From contig BTVV01000089.1 in the NCBI GenBank assembly GCA_045863855.1, positions 1-25,519 of the forward strand: DNA of 25,519 nucleotides, read 5' to 3'. Position 1 is the stretch's first letter, and each line of letters starts with the position of its first letter. Source of the stretch: Planctomycetota bacterium. GTDB lineage: Bacteria; Planctomycetota; SZUA-567; H5-PLA8. The notes beneath the pieces are model-generated. The model ran no database searches. It was not told the DNA's origin and worked only from the letters and a program-made list of their open reading frames with translations. The position numbers and the translations under genes were made by a program. Below are positions 7,586 to 16,217 of this stretch, piece after piece.

Positions 7586-8611
7586 TCAGAGCGCGATCGG
7601 CAGCCGCGCCTTGCGCTCCGCGGATTCCACCGCCCCGAAGACCATCGCGAGGCTCTTGATGTTGTCCCCGCACCACGTCTCGGGCTGGCCGCCGGCATCG
7701 ACGGCCTCCAGCAGCCGCTCGAAGCTGCCCACCTGCCCCGCCGGACGCGTCTCGGTCAGAGCCAGTTCGATCTTATCCCCGGGCCGCGTGAAGCCTTCCG
7801 CACCGGGCTTGACCACCTCGGCCACCGGCGCGCTCGCGCCGTCCCACACGATCGAACCCTTCGGACCCACCACGCGCCAGACCCCGTTCCAGCCCGTGTT
7901 GTGCCCTTCGCTGCACCAGCTTCCGCGGTACGTGAAGACCACGCCTCCGCTCAGTTCGAAGATCGCCGTCGTCGCCGCATCGCCCTTGTACCAGCTCCCG
8001 TGCGGGCTGAACTCGCGGCAGTACACCGCTTCCGGATCGGCCTGCGTCACGCAGCGAACCATATCGAAGTGGTGGATCGACATATCCAGCAGCAGCGGAT
8101 GCGCCATCTCGTCGCGGAACCCGCCGAAATGCGCGCCGATGTAGAAATCGACGTTCACCGTGCTCACCGGACCCAGCAAGCCATCGGCGACGGCTTGGCG
8201 CAGCGCGCGGACCTGCGGATTCCAGCGGTAGTTCTGGCTGACCATGTACACCTTGCCCGCCTTCTGAGCCGCGGCGATCATTTCGCGCGCGTTGGACAGC
8301 GTGTCCGAAAGCGGCTTTTCGCCCAGCACGTGGCAGCCCGCCGCCAGCGCCGTCAGCGTCACCTCTTTGTGCGCGGCCGGGATCGTCACGTCGATCACCA
8401 GGTCCGGCTTCAATTCCGCCAGCAGCGCTTTCAGGTCGGTCCCCGTCGCGGCGTTCGAAAGGTTGAAGTCGGCCTTGCGCTGCTCGGCGGCTTCGCGGCG
8501 GATGTCCATCAGCCCTACAACCTGCGCGCGCGGGTGATCCTTCAATCCGTTCAGCCACGCGCGAGCCATTCCGCCGCAGCCGGCCAGCACGATCCGTTGG
8601 GGTTTGCTCAT
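7586..8611 (-). CDS. Gfo/Idh/MocA family NAD(P)-dependent oxidoreductase
   Basis: GCGGMA Rossmann motif, HVLGEKP, QNYR and LLDMSIHHFD. SD CAGGAG before ATG 8611. Confidence 0.93.
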   Translation of the reverse strand: MSKPQRIVLAGCGGMARAWLNGLKDHPRAQVVGLMDIRREAAEQRKADFNLSNAATGTDLKALLAELKPDLVIDVTIPAAHKEVTLTALAAGCHVLGEKPLSDTLSNAREMIAAAQKAGKVYMVSQNYRWNPQVRALRQAVADGLLGPVSTVNVDFYIGAHFGGFRDEMAHPLLLDMSIHHFDMVRCVTQADPEAVYCREFSPHGSWYKGDAATTAIFELSGGVVFTYRGSWCSEGHNTGWNGVWRVVGPKGSIVWDGASAPVAEVVKPGAEGFTRPGDKIELALTETRPAGQVGSFERLLEAVDAGGQPETWCGDNIKSLAMVFGAVESAERKARLPIAL

Positions 8612-8751
8612 CGCGGGAGACTCCTGGTGGCGTGGCGGCGGTTCGGCGCGGCCGCCCACGCAATTCCTTAAAGGTATTGGCTACAGATTCGGGGCCTGCG
8701 TGGACGATAAACACTTGCAGTTCCAGGTCCAGCGCAGGAGCGAGTGACGCG

Positions 8752-9408
8752 ATGATTCGAATGGCATTAGGGATTGGCACGCTGGCGATCATGCTGGCGA
8801 TGGGCGTACTGATCTACCGCTGGGTGCACACCCCGGACGGAACCCAAACGGCCGAAGGCCTCCCGGGCGAAGCCCCGGCCGAAGCCGGCCTGCCGCCGCC
8901 GAATCCCACGCCGCCCGCCGATAGCACCATGCCGTCCGTGCCCGTCGGACCGCTGGGCGAAGCGCAACCGGTGGGTGTCGCGCCCGCCGTCCCCGCGCCC
9001 AACCCGCTGCCGCCGCTGCCCAACGAGCCGGTCGCCGCCGCCCCCGCGCAGAACGCCCAGACGCCGGCCGCGACCGCCGGTGCGCTGCCGACGCACCGCG
9101 TCCAGTCCGGCGACTCCCTCTGGAAGATTTGCATGCGCTACTACGGAAACGCGAAGTACGTCAACCAGGTCGCCCAAGCCAACGGGCTCGACGCCTCGGG
9201 GTCGATCCGCCCAGGGCAGGTTCTCGTCCTGCCGAACCTGGCGAACATCAAGCCCGCGCCGGTGGACGCCGATCATGAAGTCGCCGAAGAACCGGCCGCG
9301 CGCCGCGTGACGCCGGCGCAGCCGCAAAGCCCGGCCGCTTCCGAATTCGTCCCGATGCCGCCGACGCTGAACGCCACCGCCCCGCGCGAGGCCCGCGAAA
9401 AGCGCTGA
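8752..9408 (+). CDS. Membrane-anchored LysM peptidoglycan-binding protein with Pro/Ala-rich linker
   Basis: N-terminal TM helix and LysM domain HRVQSGDSLWKICMRYYG..VAQANGL..IRPGQVLVLP. AGGAG upstream. Confidence 0.88.
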   Translation: MIRMALGIGTLAIMLAMGVLIYRWVHTPDGTQTAEGLPGEAPAEAGLPPPNPTPPADSTMPSVPVGPLGEAQPVGVAPAVPAPNPLPPLPNEPVAAAPAQNAQTPAATAGALPTHRVQSGDSLWKICMRYYGNAKYVNQVAQANGLDASGSIRPGQVLVLPNLANIKPAPVDADHEVAEEPAARRVTPAQPQSPAASEFVPMPPTLNATAPREAREKR

Positions 9409-9439
9409 TCGTCCTGCGAACTTAATCCTTTGTCGCAAC

Positions 9440-9476
9440 ACCAGGGGCGCCGTGGGGGGCGCCCCTGGTTGTTTTT
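9440..9476 (+). terminator. Intrinsic terminator between the convergent lysM and hydrolase genes
   Basis: Perfect 12-bp stem ACCAGGGGCGCC / GGCGCCCCTGGT with a 6-nt loop, followed by TGTTTTT. Confidence 0.8.
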
Positions 9477-10369
9477 CAAGCCTGCCCCAAAAAGGCGCAC
9501 ACCTTCGCGCTGAGTTGCGCGCGCCAGCCTTGACCGTAAAAATTGTGGTTCGCGCCCGGCACCTCGTCGAAGACCGCCGCGCCCGCCACTCCGCGCGCAT
9601 GCAGCGCCTCGAAATGCGCCCGAGCCTTCGCCGCCTCCTCGTCCTTCGCGCCCCAGACAAAAAGCGCGCGACCCTTCCAGCGTTCCAGAGCTTTCTCGAT
9701 ATCCCGCGCCGAATCCTTCAGGTTCCGCTCGCCTCCGCCCGGCTTTTCCGATCCCGTCAGCCCCTGCTTCACGCGCCCGACGTTCACCTCGCCGCGCAGC
9801 AGGCGCAGCCAGTTGCGCGGGCGCAGCAGCTTGCCCAAAAACAGCTTCCAGTTCTTCCAGCGCCGCGCTCGCTCCAGGTCCGTCCCCCGCGAGGGCTGAT
9901 ACGGCAGCACCGAAAGCGCCACCGCGGCGCCCACGGCGTCCGGGTGCAGCGACGCCAGACCCAGCGCGACGTTGGCGCCGGAGCAAATGCCGAGCACCGT
10001 AACCGCGCCATCGCTTGAGCTTCGCAGAAACGACAGGCCCGCCTGCGCGTCCTCGATCATCCCGTCCAGATCGCCGTCCTCGAAGCGCCCCGTCGCGTCG
10101 CCGCGCCCGCGCAGGTCCAGCCGCAGCACCGTATGCCCCGCGCGAGCCAGGTCCGCCGCCAAAAGCACCAGCAGCTCCGCCGGCCCCGTCCGCGGACCCG
10201 ACCACCCGGGCAGCATCAGGATCTTCGATTCTGGGTTTTGGATTTTGGATGCATCGAGCGGGCGATGGAGGGTCGCGCCAAGCCGAAACCCGCCCGCGGA
10301 CTCGATCGCCAGCGCCTCGCGGATTTCGCCGTCGAAGGTGGCGTGCGGCGCGAACGTCTGCGAGGCCAT
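9476..10369 (-). CDS. Alpha/beta-fold hydrolase with Cys at the nucleophile elbow (resembles exosortase-system-associated hydrolases)
   Basis: LPGWSG, LARAGHTVLRLDLRGRGDATG, VLGICSGA (GxCxG), WGAKD and GANHNF. Confidence 0.85.
   Translation of the reverse strand: MASQTFAPHATFDGEIREALAIESAGGFRLGATLHRPLDASKIQNPESKILMLPGWSGPRTGPAELLVLLAADLARAGHTVLRLDLRGRGDATGRFEDGDLDGMIEDAQAGLSFLRSSSDGAVTVLGICSGANVALGLASLHPDAVGAAVALSVLPYQPSRGTDLERARRWKNWKLFLGKLLRPRNWLRLLRGEVNVGRVKQGLTGSEKPGGGERNLKDSARDIEKALERWKGRALFVWGAKDEEAAKARAHFEALHARGVAGAAVFDEVPGANHNFYGQGWRAQLSAKVCAFLGQA
10220..10250. repeat. Short heptamer tandem repeat inside the hydrolase CDS
   Basis: GATCTTC GATTCTG GGTTTTG GATTTTG GAT, an AT-rich patch encoding SKIQNPESKI on the minus strand. 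Confidence 0.65.
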
Positions 10370-10388
10370 GGCGCTCAAAGGGGAACGC

Positions 10389-11411
10389 TTACCCCTGCCC
10401 CTGCTTCATCCGGCGCAACGACGCGTCGCTGCGGCTGTCGAGGATCATCGTGTGCTGAGCGGCGGCCGCGCGCGTCTGATCGGCCTGATCGCGTTGCGCG
10501 TGGCGGACCAGTTCTTCGCTCAGCGTCTGCTGCAGCTTCTCGATCTCGGCCGTGCTGTAGATCCGCCAGCCCGCGCCGGACTTGACCCCCAGCTTGCCCT
10601 GTTCGACCAGTTCGCGCAGCTTCGCCGGAGCGGCCCGGTCGGCGCACAGCCCCGGGAACAGCTCGTCGCAGATCGCGCGGTACACGTCCAGCCCGCCCAA
10701 ATCCGCCGTCCCGAAAATTCCGCTGATCGGCATCCGACGGCCGAAGCCCAGCGCCGCCACCGCGTCGATGTCTTCCGGCGGCGCGACGCCCCGCGCCACC
10801 CGCGCCATCGCCTCGCGCTGCCGCGCGAAGGCCAGCCGGTTGCCCAGGAAGCCCGCGATCTCGCGCTTCAGCAAGATCGGATGCTTGCCCGCGTCGGCCA
10901 GCAGTTTCACCACGCGGTCGATCACCTCCTGCTTCGTCCCCGCGTGCGGGACGACTTCCACCAGCGGCAGCAGGTGCGCCGGGTTCCAGAAATGCGTCGC
11001 CAGGAAGCGCTCCGGATGCTTCAGTGCCGCGGCCAGCTTGCTGGGCAGGATCGAGGACGTATTGCTCGAAATCGTGGCCGTCGGCGAAGCCAGCTTCTCG
11101 GCCTCGGCCAGCACGCGCTGCTTGACGGCAAGGTCTTCCGGCACGACCTCGATCACCCATTCCGCCGTGGGCAGCGCCTGCTCGGGACTCTCGGCGTACG
11201 TCACGCGCTCGGCCAGCTTTTCGCCGTGCACGTCCGTCAGCCCGTTGCTGTGCATGAAGCGCGCGCCCGCGCGAGCGTACTCGCGGCTGCGGTTGCGCTG
11301 GTCCGCGTCCACCTCCACGACTTGCGGGCGGTACCCCGCGCGTGCCAGATCCAGGGCGATGTTCGTGCCCATGGTGCCCGCGCCTAAAATCACGACCGAT
11401 ACGGTACTCAT
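10389..11411 (-). CDS. 3-hydroxyacyl-CoA dehydrogenase family protein
   Basis: ILGAGTMG, VIEVVPEDLAVK, SSNTSS, THFWNPAHLLPLVEVV, GFLGNRL and DLGGLDV. Confidence 0.93.
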   Translation of the reverse strand: MSTVSVVILGAGTMGTNIALDLARAGYRPQVVEVDADQRNRSREYARAGARFMHSNGLTDVHGEKLAERVTYAESPEQALPTAEWVIEVVPEDLAVKQRVLAEAEKLASPTATISSNTSSILPSKLAAALKHPERFLATHFWNPAHLLPLVEVVPHAGTKQEVIDRVVKLLADAGKHPILLKREIAGFLGNRLAFARQREAMARVARGVAPPEDIDAVAALGFGRRMPISGIFGTADLGGLDVYRAICDELFPGLCADRAAPAKLRELVEQGKLGVKSGAGWRIYSTAEIEKLQQTLSEELVRHAQRDQADQTRAAAAQHTMILDSRSDASLRRMKQGQG

Positions 11412-11465
11412 ACCTGCTGACCTCGTGGACTCGCGAAACGGCCCCTTTACGCTACCCACACGGGC

Positions 11466-12683
11466 TTAAAAATCCAATCGGAAGCCCATGCCCAGATAAC
11501 GCTGCCGGGCCTCGGGGTGGTTGACGATTTCGCGCGGCGAGCCGTGAATCCAGATTTTGCCTTCGTCCATGATATACGTGCGGTCGGTGATGGTCAGCGT
11601 TTCACGCACGTTATGGTCGGTGATCAGCACGCCTTTGCCCTGCCCTTTAAGGTCGCGCAGGATGCCCTGAATTTCGGTCACCGCGATCGGATCGATCCCC
11701 GCGAACGGTTCGTCGAAAAGCACGATCTTCGGGTCCAGCGTCATCGCCCGCGCGATCTCCAAGCGCCGCCGCTCGCCGCCCGAAAGGCTCCCCGCCTGGC
11801 TCTGCCGCACCGTCTCCAGGCCGAAGGACCGGATCAACTGATCCAGCCGCTGGCGCTGCTCCGCGCGGCCGCCCACGCGCAGTTCCATCACCGCGAGGAT
11901 ATTCTCTTCCACCGTCAGGCGCTGGAAGACGCTCGGCTCCTGTGCCAGATAGCCCATCCCGCGGTTGGCACGGTCGTACATCGGCGCCGAGGTGATGTCG
12001 CGCAGTTCGAAACTCACCCGCCCCTTGTCCGGCCGCAGCATCCCCATGATCGTGCGGAAGGTCGTCGTCTTGCCCGAACCGTTGCGCCCCAGCAGCCCCA
12101 CGATCTCCCCTGCGCCGACTTCCAGGTTCACTCCGCGCACCACCTCGCGCGCGCCGAAACTTTTGTAAAGTCCCTCGGCGACCAGAATCGGCTCCGGCCG
12201 CGGCGCGGGCGGCTTCTCCGCGATCGCCCGCGTCAGCCGGAAAATCCCAGACGGAGGCGGCACGCCTTTGGCCGACGGGTACAAGTCTTCGTTCAACGTA
12301 TCGGCGGCCGGCGCGAACGGCGAATCCGGCGGCGGCAGCACCGCCGTCCCGCCCCCCTGCATCGAACGGTGCAACACCGCCGTCGCCGGCGGCAGCGCGC
12401 CCGGCTTCAGCGGCTCCGCGGGCTCGCTCGGCTTATCGGACTGCCCCGGCGTAGAGGAAGATGGTGGAGGCGGAGGCGGCGCCTTCGACGCGTGCTCGTT
12501 CTGCATCGAACGATACAGGATCATCGTACCCGGCGGGACCGCACCCGGTTTCACGGCGTCCGGCTTCGCCTCGGGCGTCTCGCCCTGCGCGGCGGGCGCC
12601 GCATCCGCGGACGGCGCCGCGGGGGCGCCGGCATCGGCGTCCTCGGCCGTGGAACTCGAAGGCTGGGGCGACGGCTCGCTCAA
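11466..12683 (-). CDS. lptB: LPS export ABC transporter ATP-binding protein LptB with a long N-terminal extension
   Basis: EIVGLLGRNGSGKTT, PMYDRANRGMGYLAQEPSVF, LSGGERRRLEIAR, DEPFAGIDPIAV, LITDHNVRETL and C-terminal YLG..FRL. The TTG start 28 nt after the lepB stop is less certain than the family call. Confidence 0.92.
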   Translation of the reverse strand: MSEPSPQPSSSTAEDADAGAPAAPSADAAPAAQGETPEAKPDAVKPGAVPPGTMILYRSMQNEHASKAPPPPPPSSSTPGQSDKPSEPAEPLKPGALPPATAVLHRSMQGGGTAVLPPPDSPFAPAADTLNEDLYPSAKGVPPPSGIFRLTRAIAEKPPAPRPEPILVAEGLYKSFGAREVVRGVNLEVGAGEIVGLLGRNGSGKTTTFRTIMGMLRPDKGRVSFELRDITSAPMYDRANRGMGYLAQEPSVFQRLTVEENILAVMELRVGGRAEQRQRLDQLIRSFGLETVRQSQAGSLSGGERRRLEIARAMTLDPKIVLFDEPFAGIDPIAVTEIQGILRDLKGQGKGVLITDHNVRETLTITDRTYIMDEGKIWIHGSPREIVNHPEARQRYLGMGFRLDF

Positions 12684-12711
12684 AACGTGCGTCTCTCTTC
12701 CCGTACGGGTC

Positions 12712-14610
12712 TCAACGAATGATACGCCAGCGGGTCGGCGGCCACCAGACCAAGGAAGCCTGACCCACGATGTTTTCCCGAGGCACGAAGCCCCACACCC
12801 GGCTGTCCTGGGACGACGGCGAGTTGTCCCCCAGCATCATGAAACCGTCCACATTCGATTCGGACGCATCTTCCGCTGCGTTGTACTTCGGAATCTGCAA
12901 CTCGTAACGCCCTTCCTGGGGATCGTACTTGCGCAACGCGTTGTGGTGCGACGTCAAGCGCGGGCCGCCGTCCAGTTCCAGCGTGTAATGCAGATCCCGG
13001 TGCAGGTTCAGGCGCGTGACCTGCACCTGCGCCGCGCCGTGAAAAACCACCCGCGCCAGGCTTTTCAGACTCTTCGCCGACTTGCCCAGCGCCTTCACGT
13101 CCAGCGTTTGCGGCGGCAGCGTGCGCCCGTCCAGTTCCGCCAGCACGCTCCCGTCCACGTACGCCAAACTCAAGCGATGCGTGCCCGGCGCCAGCGTGGA
13201 TGGTTCGGCCACCGCGTACACGCCCTCGGCGGCGGCCACCGTCGGAACGTCCCCGCCCAGCGACAAGGCCCAAACCGCTTGCCGCACCTGCGAGCCGCAG
13301 CGCAGTTCCAGCGCGCCACCGGCTTGCTCCACGGTCAGCTCCACTTCGAGCTTCAAATCCCCGACCGTGTCCCCGCCGCCGTAGAAGAAGGGCGTCGACT
13401 CCTTCGGCGTGACCTCCCACGTCGCGGGCTTGCCCTTTTCGATCGTCTCGTTCGCGGTCAGCGGACCCACCAGCACGCCCACCTGCTGAGCGCGAAGCTC
13501 GAGCGCTTCCGACCGCTCTTCGCCGCGCAGTTCGAACACGCGCTCCACGCTCAATTCCACCGCGCCGGCCGGACCTTCCGCAGGAGCGATCCGGTCGCCG
13601 GGAATCACCGTCCCGTTCAGCACCTTCACCCGCAGCCCGCCCGGCAGCACCTCCAGAACCTCCAGCGCGAGCCGCGGCCCCGCGTTGGCCGGAAGAATGC
13701 GCGGTTCGGCTTCGCGGGCGCGCTCCACCGGAAACGCCAGCCGCCCGCAGTGCGGGCAGCGCACCCCGGTCCAGGGGCTCGCGATGTACGGCCGGATCGT
13801 CTCCGTCGTCTCCTTCGGATCTTTGAACGGCACGCCCTCGGGGCTCACCAGCGGCGGCAGATGCGCCATCGGGCAGCCGCGGTGCCAGAACGGCCAGTGC
13901 CCCATCTTGACGTACACGTTGCTCACCGCGTGCGCGTACTCCAGCGCCGCCGCGCCCTGCACCCGCAGCGCTCCGCGCTCGCGCGTCACCGCGCCCGCGG
14001 CCGCTTCGACCTTCCACGGAAACGCGGCGTGATTCTCGTCCTGAATAATCTCGCGCGCCAACCGTTCGTCCGCGCCTTCGCCTTCCTTTTCCGCAGGCAG
14101 CGCCTGCTCCGTGAACCGCGCCACGCTCACCGGCAGCCAAAGATTCTCCTGCAACTCCGGCGAACCGTCTTCCCATTTGCGCAGGATCCGCTCCTGCTTC
14201 GTCGCGGGGTCTCTCAAAAACAGATCCCCCCCCGAGATCACGATCGTCTCCCCGGGCAAACCCACCAGCCGCTTGATGTACTTCTTCTTGCCCGGCTTCT
14301 GGCCTTCCCACGCGCTGTCGTAGTCGAAGACGATCGTCTCGAAGCGCTTCGGTTCGGTCCCCAGGTAGTTGAACGGAATCTTGTTCGTGACGATCCGGTC
14401 GCCGTAATCCTGGTGCCCAATCAGGCTCGGCTCCATCGACCCGGACGGAATCTTGAACGGCTCGAACAGATACGTCCGCACCAGCACGATGCCCAGTACG
14501 AAGACCCCCAGCCCGGTCCACGTATCGATGAACTTGACCTTCTTCTTCGGCTTGGGGGCGGCAGAGGGGTCAGGTTGAGCGGGCGGCGGATTCGAAGCGG
14601 CGATGGCCAT
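12712..14610 (-). CDS. lepB: Signal peptidase I (S26A) with a very large internal insertion
   Basis: One TM helix, then EPFKIPSGSMEPSL (Ser), DRIVTNK, YIKRLVGLPGE (Lys), and C-terminal MLGDNSPSSQDSRVWGFVPRENIVGQA. Confidence 0.93.
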   Translation of the reverse strand: MAIAASNPPPAQPDPSAAPKPKKKVKFIDTWTGLGVFVLGIVLVRTYLFEPFKIPSGSMEPSLIGHQDYGDRIVTNKIPFNYLGTEPKRFETIVFDYDSAWEGQKPGKKKYIKRLVGLPGETIVISGGDLFLRDPATKQERILRKWEDGSPELQENLWLPVSVARFTEQALPAEKEGEGADERLAREIIQDENHAAFPWKVEAAAGAVTRERGALRVQGAAALEYAHAVSNVYVKMGHWPFWHRGCPMAHLPPLVSPEGVPFKDPKETTETIRPYIASPWTGVRCPHCGRLAFPVERAREAEPRILPANAGPRLALEVLEVLPGGLRVKVLNGTVIPGDRIAPAEGPAGAVELSVERVFELRGEERSEALELRAQQVGVLVGPLTANETIEKGKPATWEVTPKESTPFFYGGGDTVGDLKLEVELTVEQAGGALELRCGSQVRQAVWALSLGGDVPTVAAAEGVYAVAEPSTLAPGTHRLSLAYVDGSVLAELDGRTLPPQTLDVKALGKSAKSLKSLARVVFHGAAQVQVTRLNLHRDLHYTLELDGGPRLTSHHNALRKYDPQEGRYELQIPKYNAAEDASESNVDGFMMLGDNSPSSQDSRVWGFVPRENIVGQASLVWWPPTRWRIIR

Positions 14611-14777
14611 AAGGTTCCCGGATAGCGACGTGCGCAGGTGGCCCGCCTTCGAGCAAACTCAGGCCGCGCTACCCTAGCGTATTCCTATCTCGAATCAACC
14701 AAAAGAGTTAACCCGCTTCCAGGTGATCCGGCCGAACGCTCCGCCCACCCTCCCGCCTGCACTTGGTGCCCTGCCCG

Positions 14778-15443
14778 CTACGGGGCTTGGAGCGCCACTT
14801 CGAGCTTCGCGAGCGCCGGAACGATCAGGTCGACGCCGAGGTGCTTGGTCGATTTCACGATCCCGAAGAATCCGTCGCGCACCCGCAGCAACGTCGTGAC
14901 GTACACCTGCGTCCCCGCGTCCACCGGCTCCCATTGGTAGGTGCCGCGCTTAATCTCGAACATCGATGAACCCTTCACGTACGTCAGGTTCAAGGAATCC
15001 TTCAGCGATTGAGCCAGCGCCGGGTTGGCGTTCAAGCGCTCGCCGCCTTCGCCCTCGAACTCGCCGCGATGGCCCACCCACGCCATCTCCCGAATGAAGC
15101 AGCCGGGACCGGAAGCCCGAATCGGAAAGCGCACCGCCACGTGTACGCTCAGGATATGGCCGTTAGGATCGGTCACCACGATGCCTTGGCACGGCCACGC
15201 CAAACCGGCGATCTCGGCGCTGTAGCGGTAGCTGCCGTGAGTCTGATGCGTGCGCAGCACCACCGCCGCAAGCAGCGCCTTGCCCAAGCCCCACGTATCC
15301 TCGCGCGGAGCCTCCGCCATCGCCTGTACCTGCACCTGAACGGCGTACCCGGCCTCCCGAAGCTCCTCCTCCCACCACCCTTTGATCTGCTCCGCGTCCA
15401 ACTCCGGCTTGCCCTTCAGGATCCATGACTTTTGCGCAACCAT
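14778..15443 (-). CDS. Hypothetical protein (221 aa)
   Basis: Natural composition from MVAQKSW onward, with GGAG upstream of ATG 15443. No family recognised. Confidence 0.72.
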   Translation of the reverse strand: MVAQKSWILKGKPELDAEQIKGWWEEELREAGYAVQVQVQAMAEAPREDTWGLGKALLAAVVLRTHQTHGSYRYSAEIAGLAWPCQGIVVTDPNGHILSVHVAVRFPIRASGPGCFIREMAWVGHRGEFEGEGGERLNANPALAQSLKDSLNLTYVKGSSMFEIKRGTYQWEPVDAGTQVYVTTLLRVRDGFFGIVKSTKHLGVDLIVPALAKLEVALQAP

Positions 15444-15593
15444 ATCGAATGAGGTCTCCAAACCGATCAAGCGGCCGGTCGAAAGCGTAGTCTTTTCGGA
15501 TCGGAAAGGCGCTGCGAAAAAGCTCCTCTCCGCAAGGCGCGCAAACCGAAAGTAGTCAGGCTGATACCTGAATAGCAACCCATAGGACTGTAT

Positions 15594-16217
15594 ATGGCCG
15601 CATCCGTCGAACCCCCACGACCCTTGTTCGAATCTCTACCCCCTATCCCTTGGCGGCAGGCCTACCTGAGCACCTGCTTGGCGCTGATGGTCTGCATGGC
15701 CCTCTTGGCACCCGCCTTCTTGGCCGCCTTTCGCGAGGATGCGCCGAGCTTCGAAAAGCCCCCTGCTTACACAGGCACTTTTTTCCTAACGGGCTGCTTC
15801 GGATTGCTGGCCTTGCTGGCGTGGCGTGTCGATTCCGCCGAGGCGGTTGGAATGGCTTGGGGCGTCGTCTCAGTCGTGCTGGGCTATGTGGGACTGTTCG
15901 TGCCCACTGGCTCGGTCACAGTAGCAAGAGGTGGAGGCATCCCGAAGGGTTTCACGGGCTTCTGCGGAGAAGGCGTGCCCATTCCATTCGTGCTATGGGA
16001 CGATGGCCGCGACTACCCGAATCCCATGGCGTGCATCCTGAACCCCATGTTCCTTTTTGTCGCGGGCATGTCTCTCTATGCCGCGTACCGCGCAACCCTT
16101 TGGTGGTTCAAGAAGGTTCGCGCGGGCCGCATCGAAACCACGCTCAAACCACCGGCGCCGGATCCTCCGTCTGATCGAGCACCTCACGCACCTTCCGCGC
16201 GATCAAGTCCGGCATGA
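15594..16217 (+). CDS. Hypothetical integral membrane protein (~4 TM)
   Basis: Four hydrophobic segments and AGGA before the ATG. The 3' end overlaps the convergent kinase gene by 74 nt. Confidence 0.72.
   Translation: MAASVEPPRPLFESLPPIPWRQAYLSTCLALMVCMALLAPAFLAAFREDAPSFEKPPAYTGTFFLTGCFGLLALLAWRVDSAEAVGMAWGVVSVVLGYVGLFVPTGSVTVARGGGIPKGFTGFCGEGVPIPFVLWDDGRDYPNPMACILNPMFLFVAGMSLYAAYRATLWWFKKVRAGRIETTLKPPAPDPPSDRAPHAPSARSSPA

Noticed and set aside
13747..13758. Possible heme c site in LepB
   Set aside because: The motif is CPHCG, not CxxCH.
12268..14625. 785-aa plus-strand ORF and the 613-aa alternative minus frame
   Set aside because: Shadows of lepB/lptB with biased composition. The real frame has the catalytic motifs.
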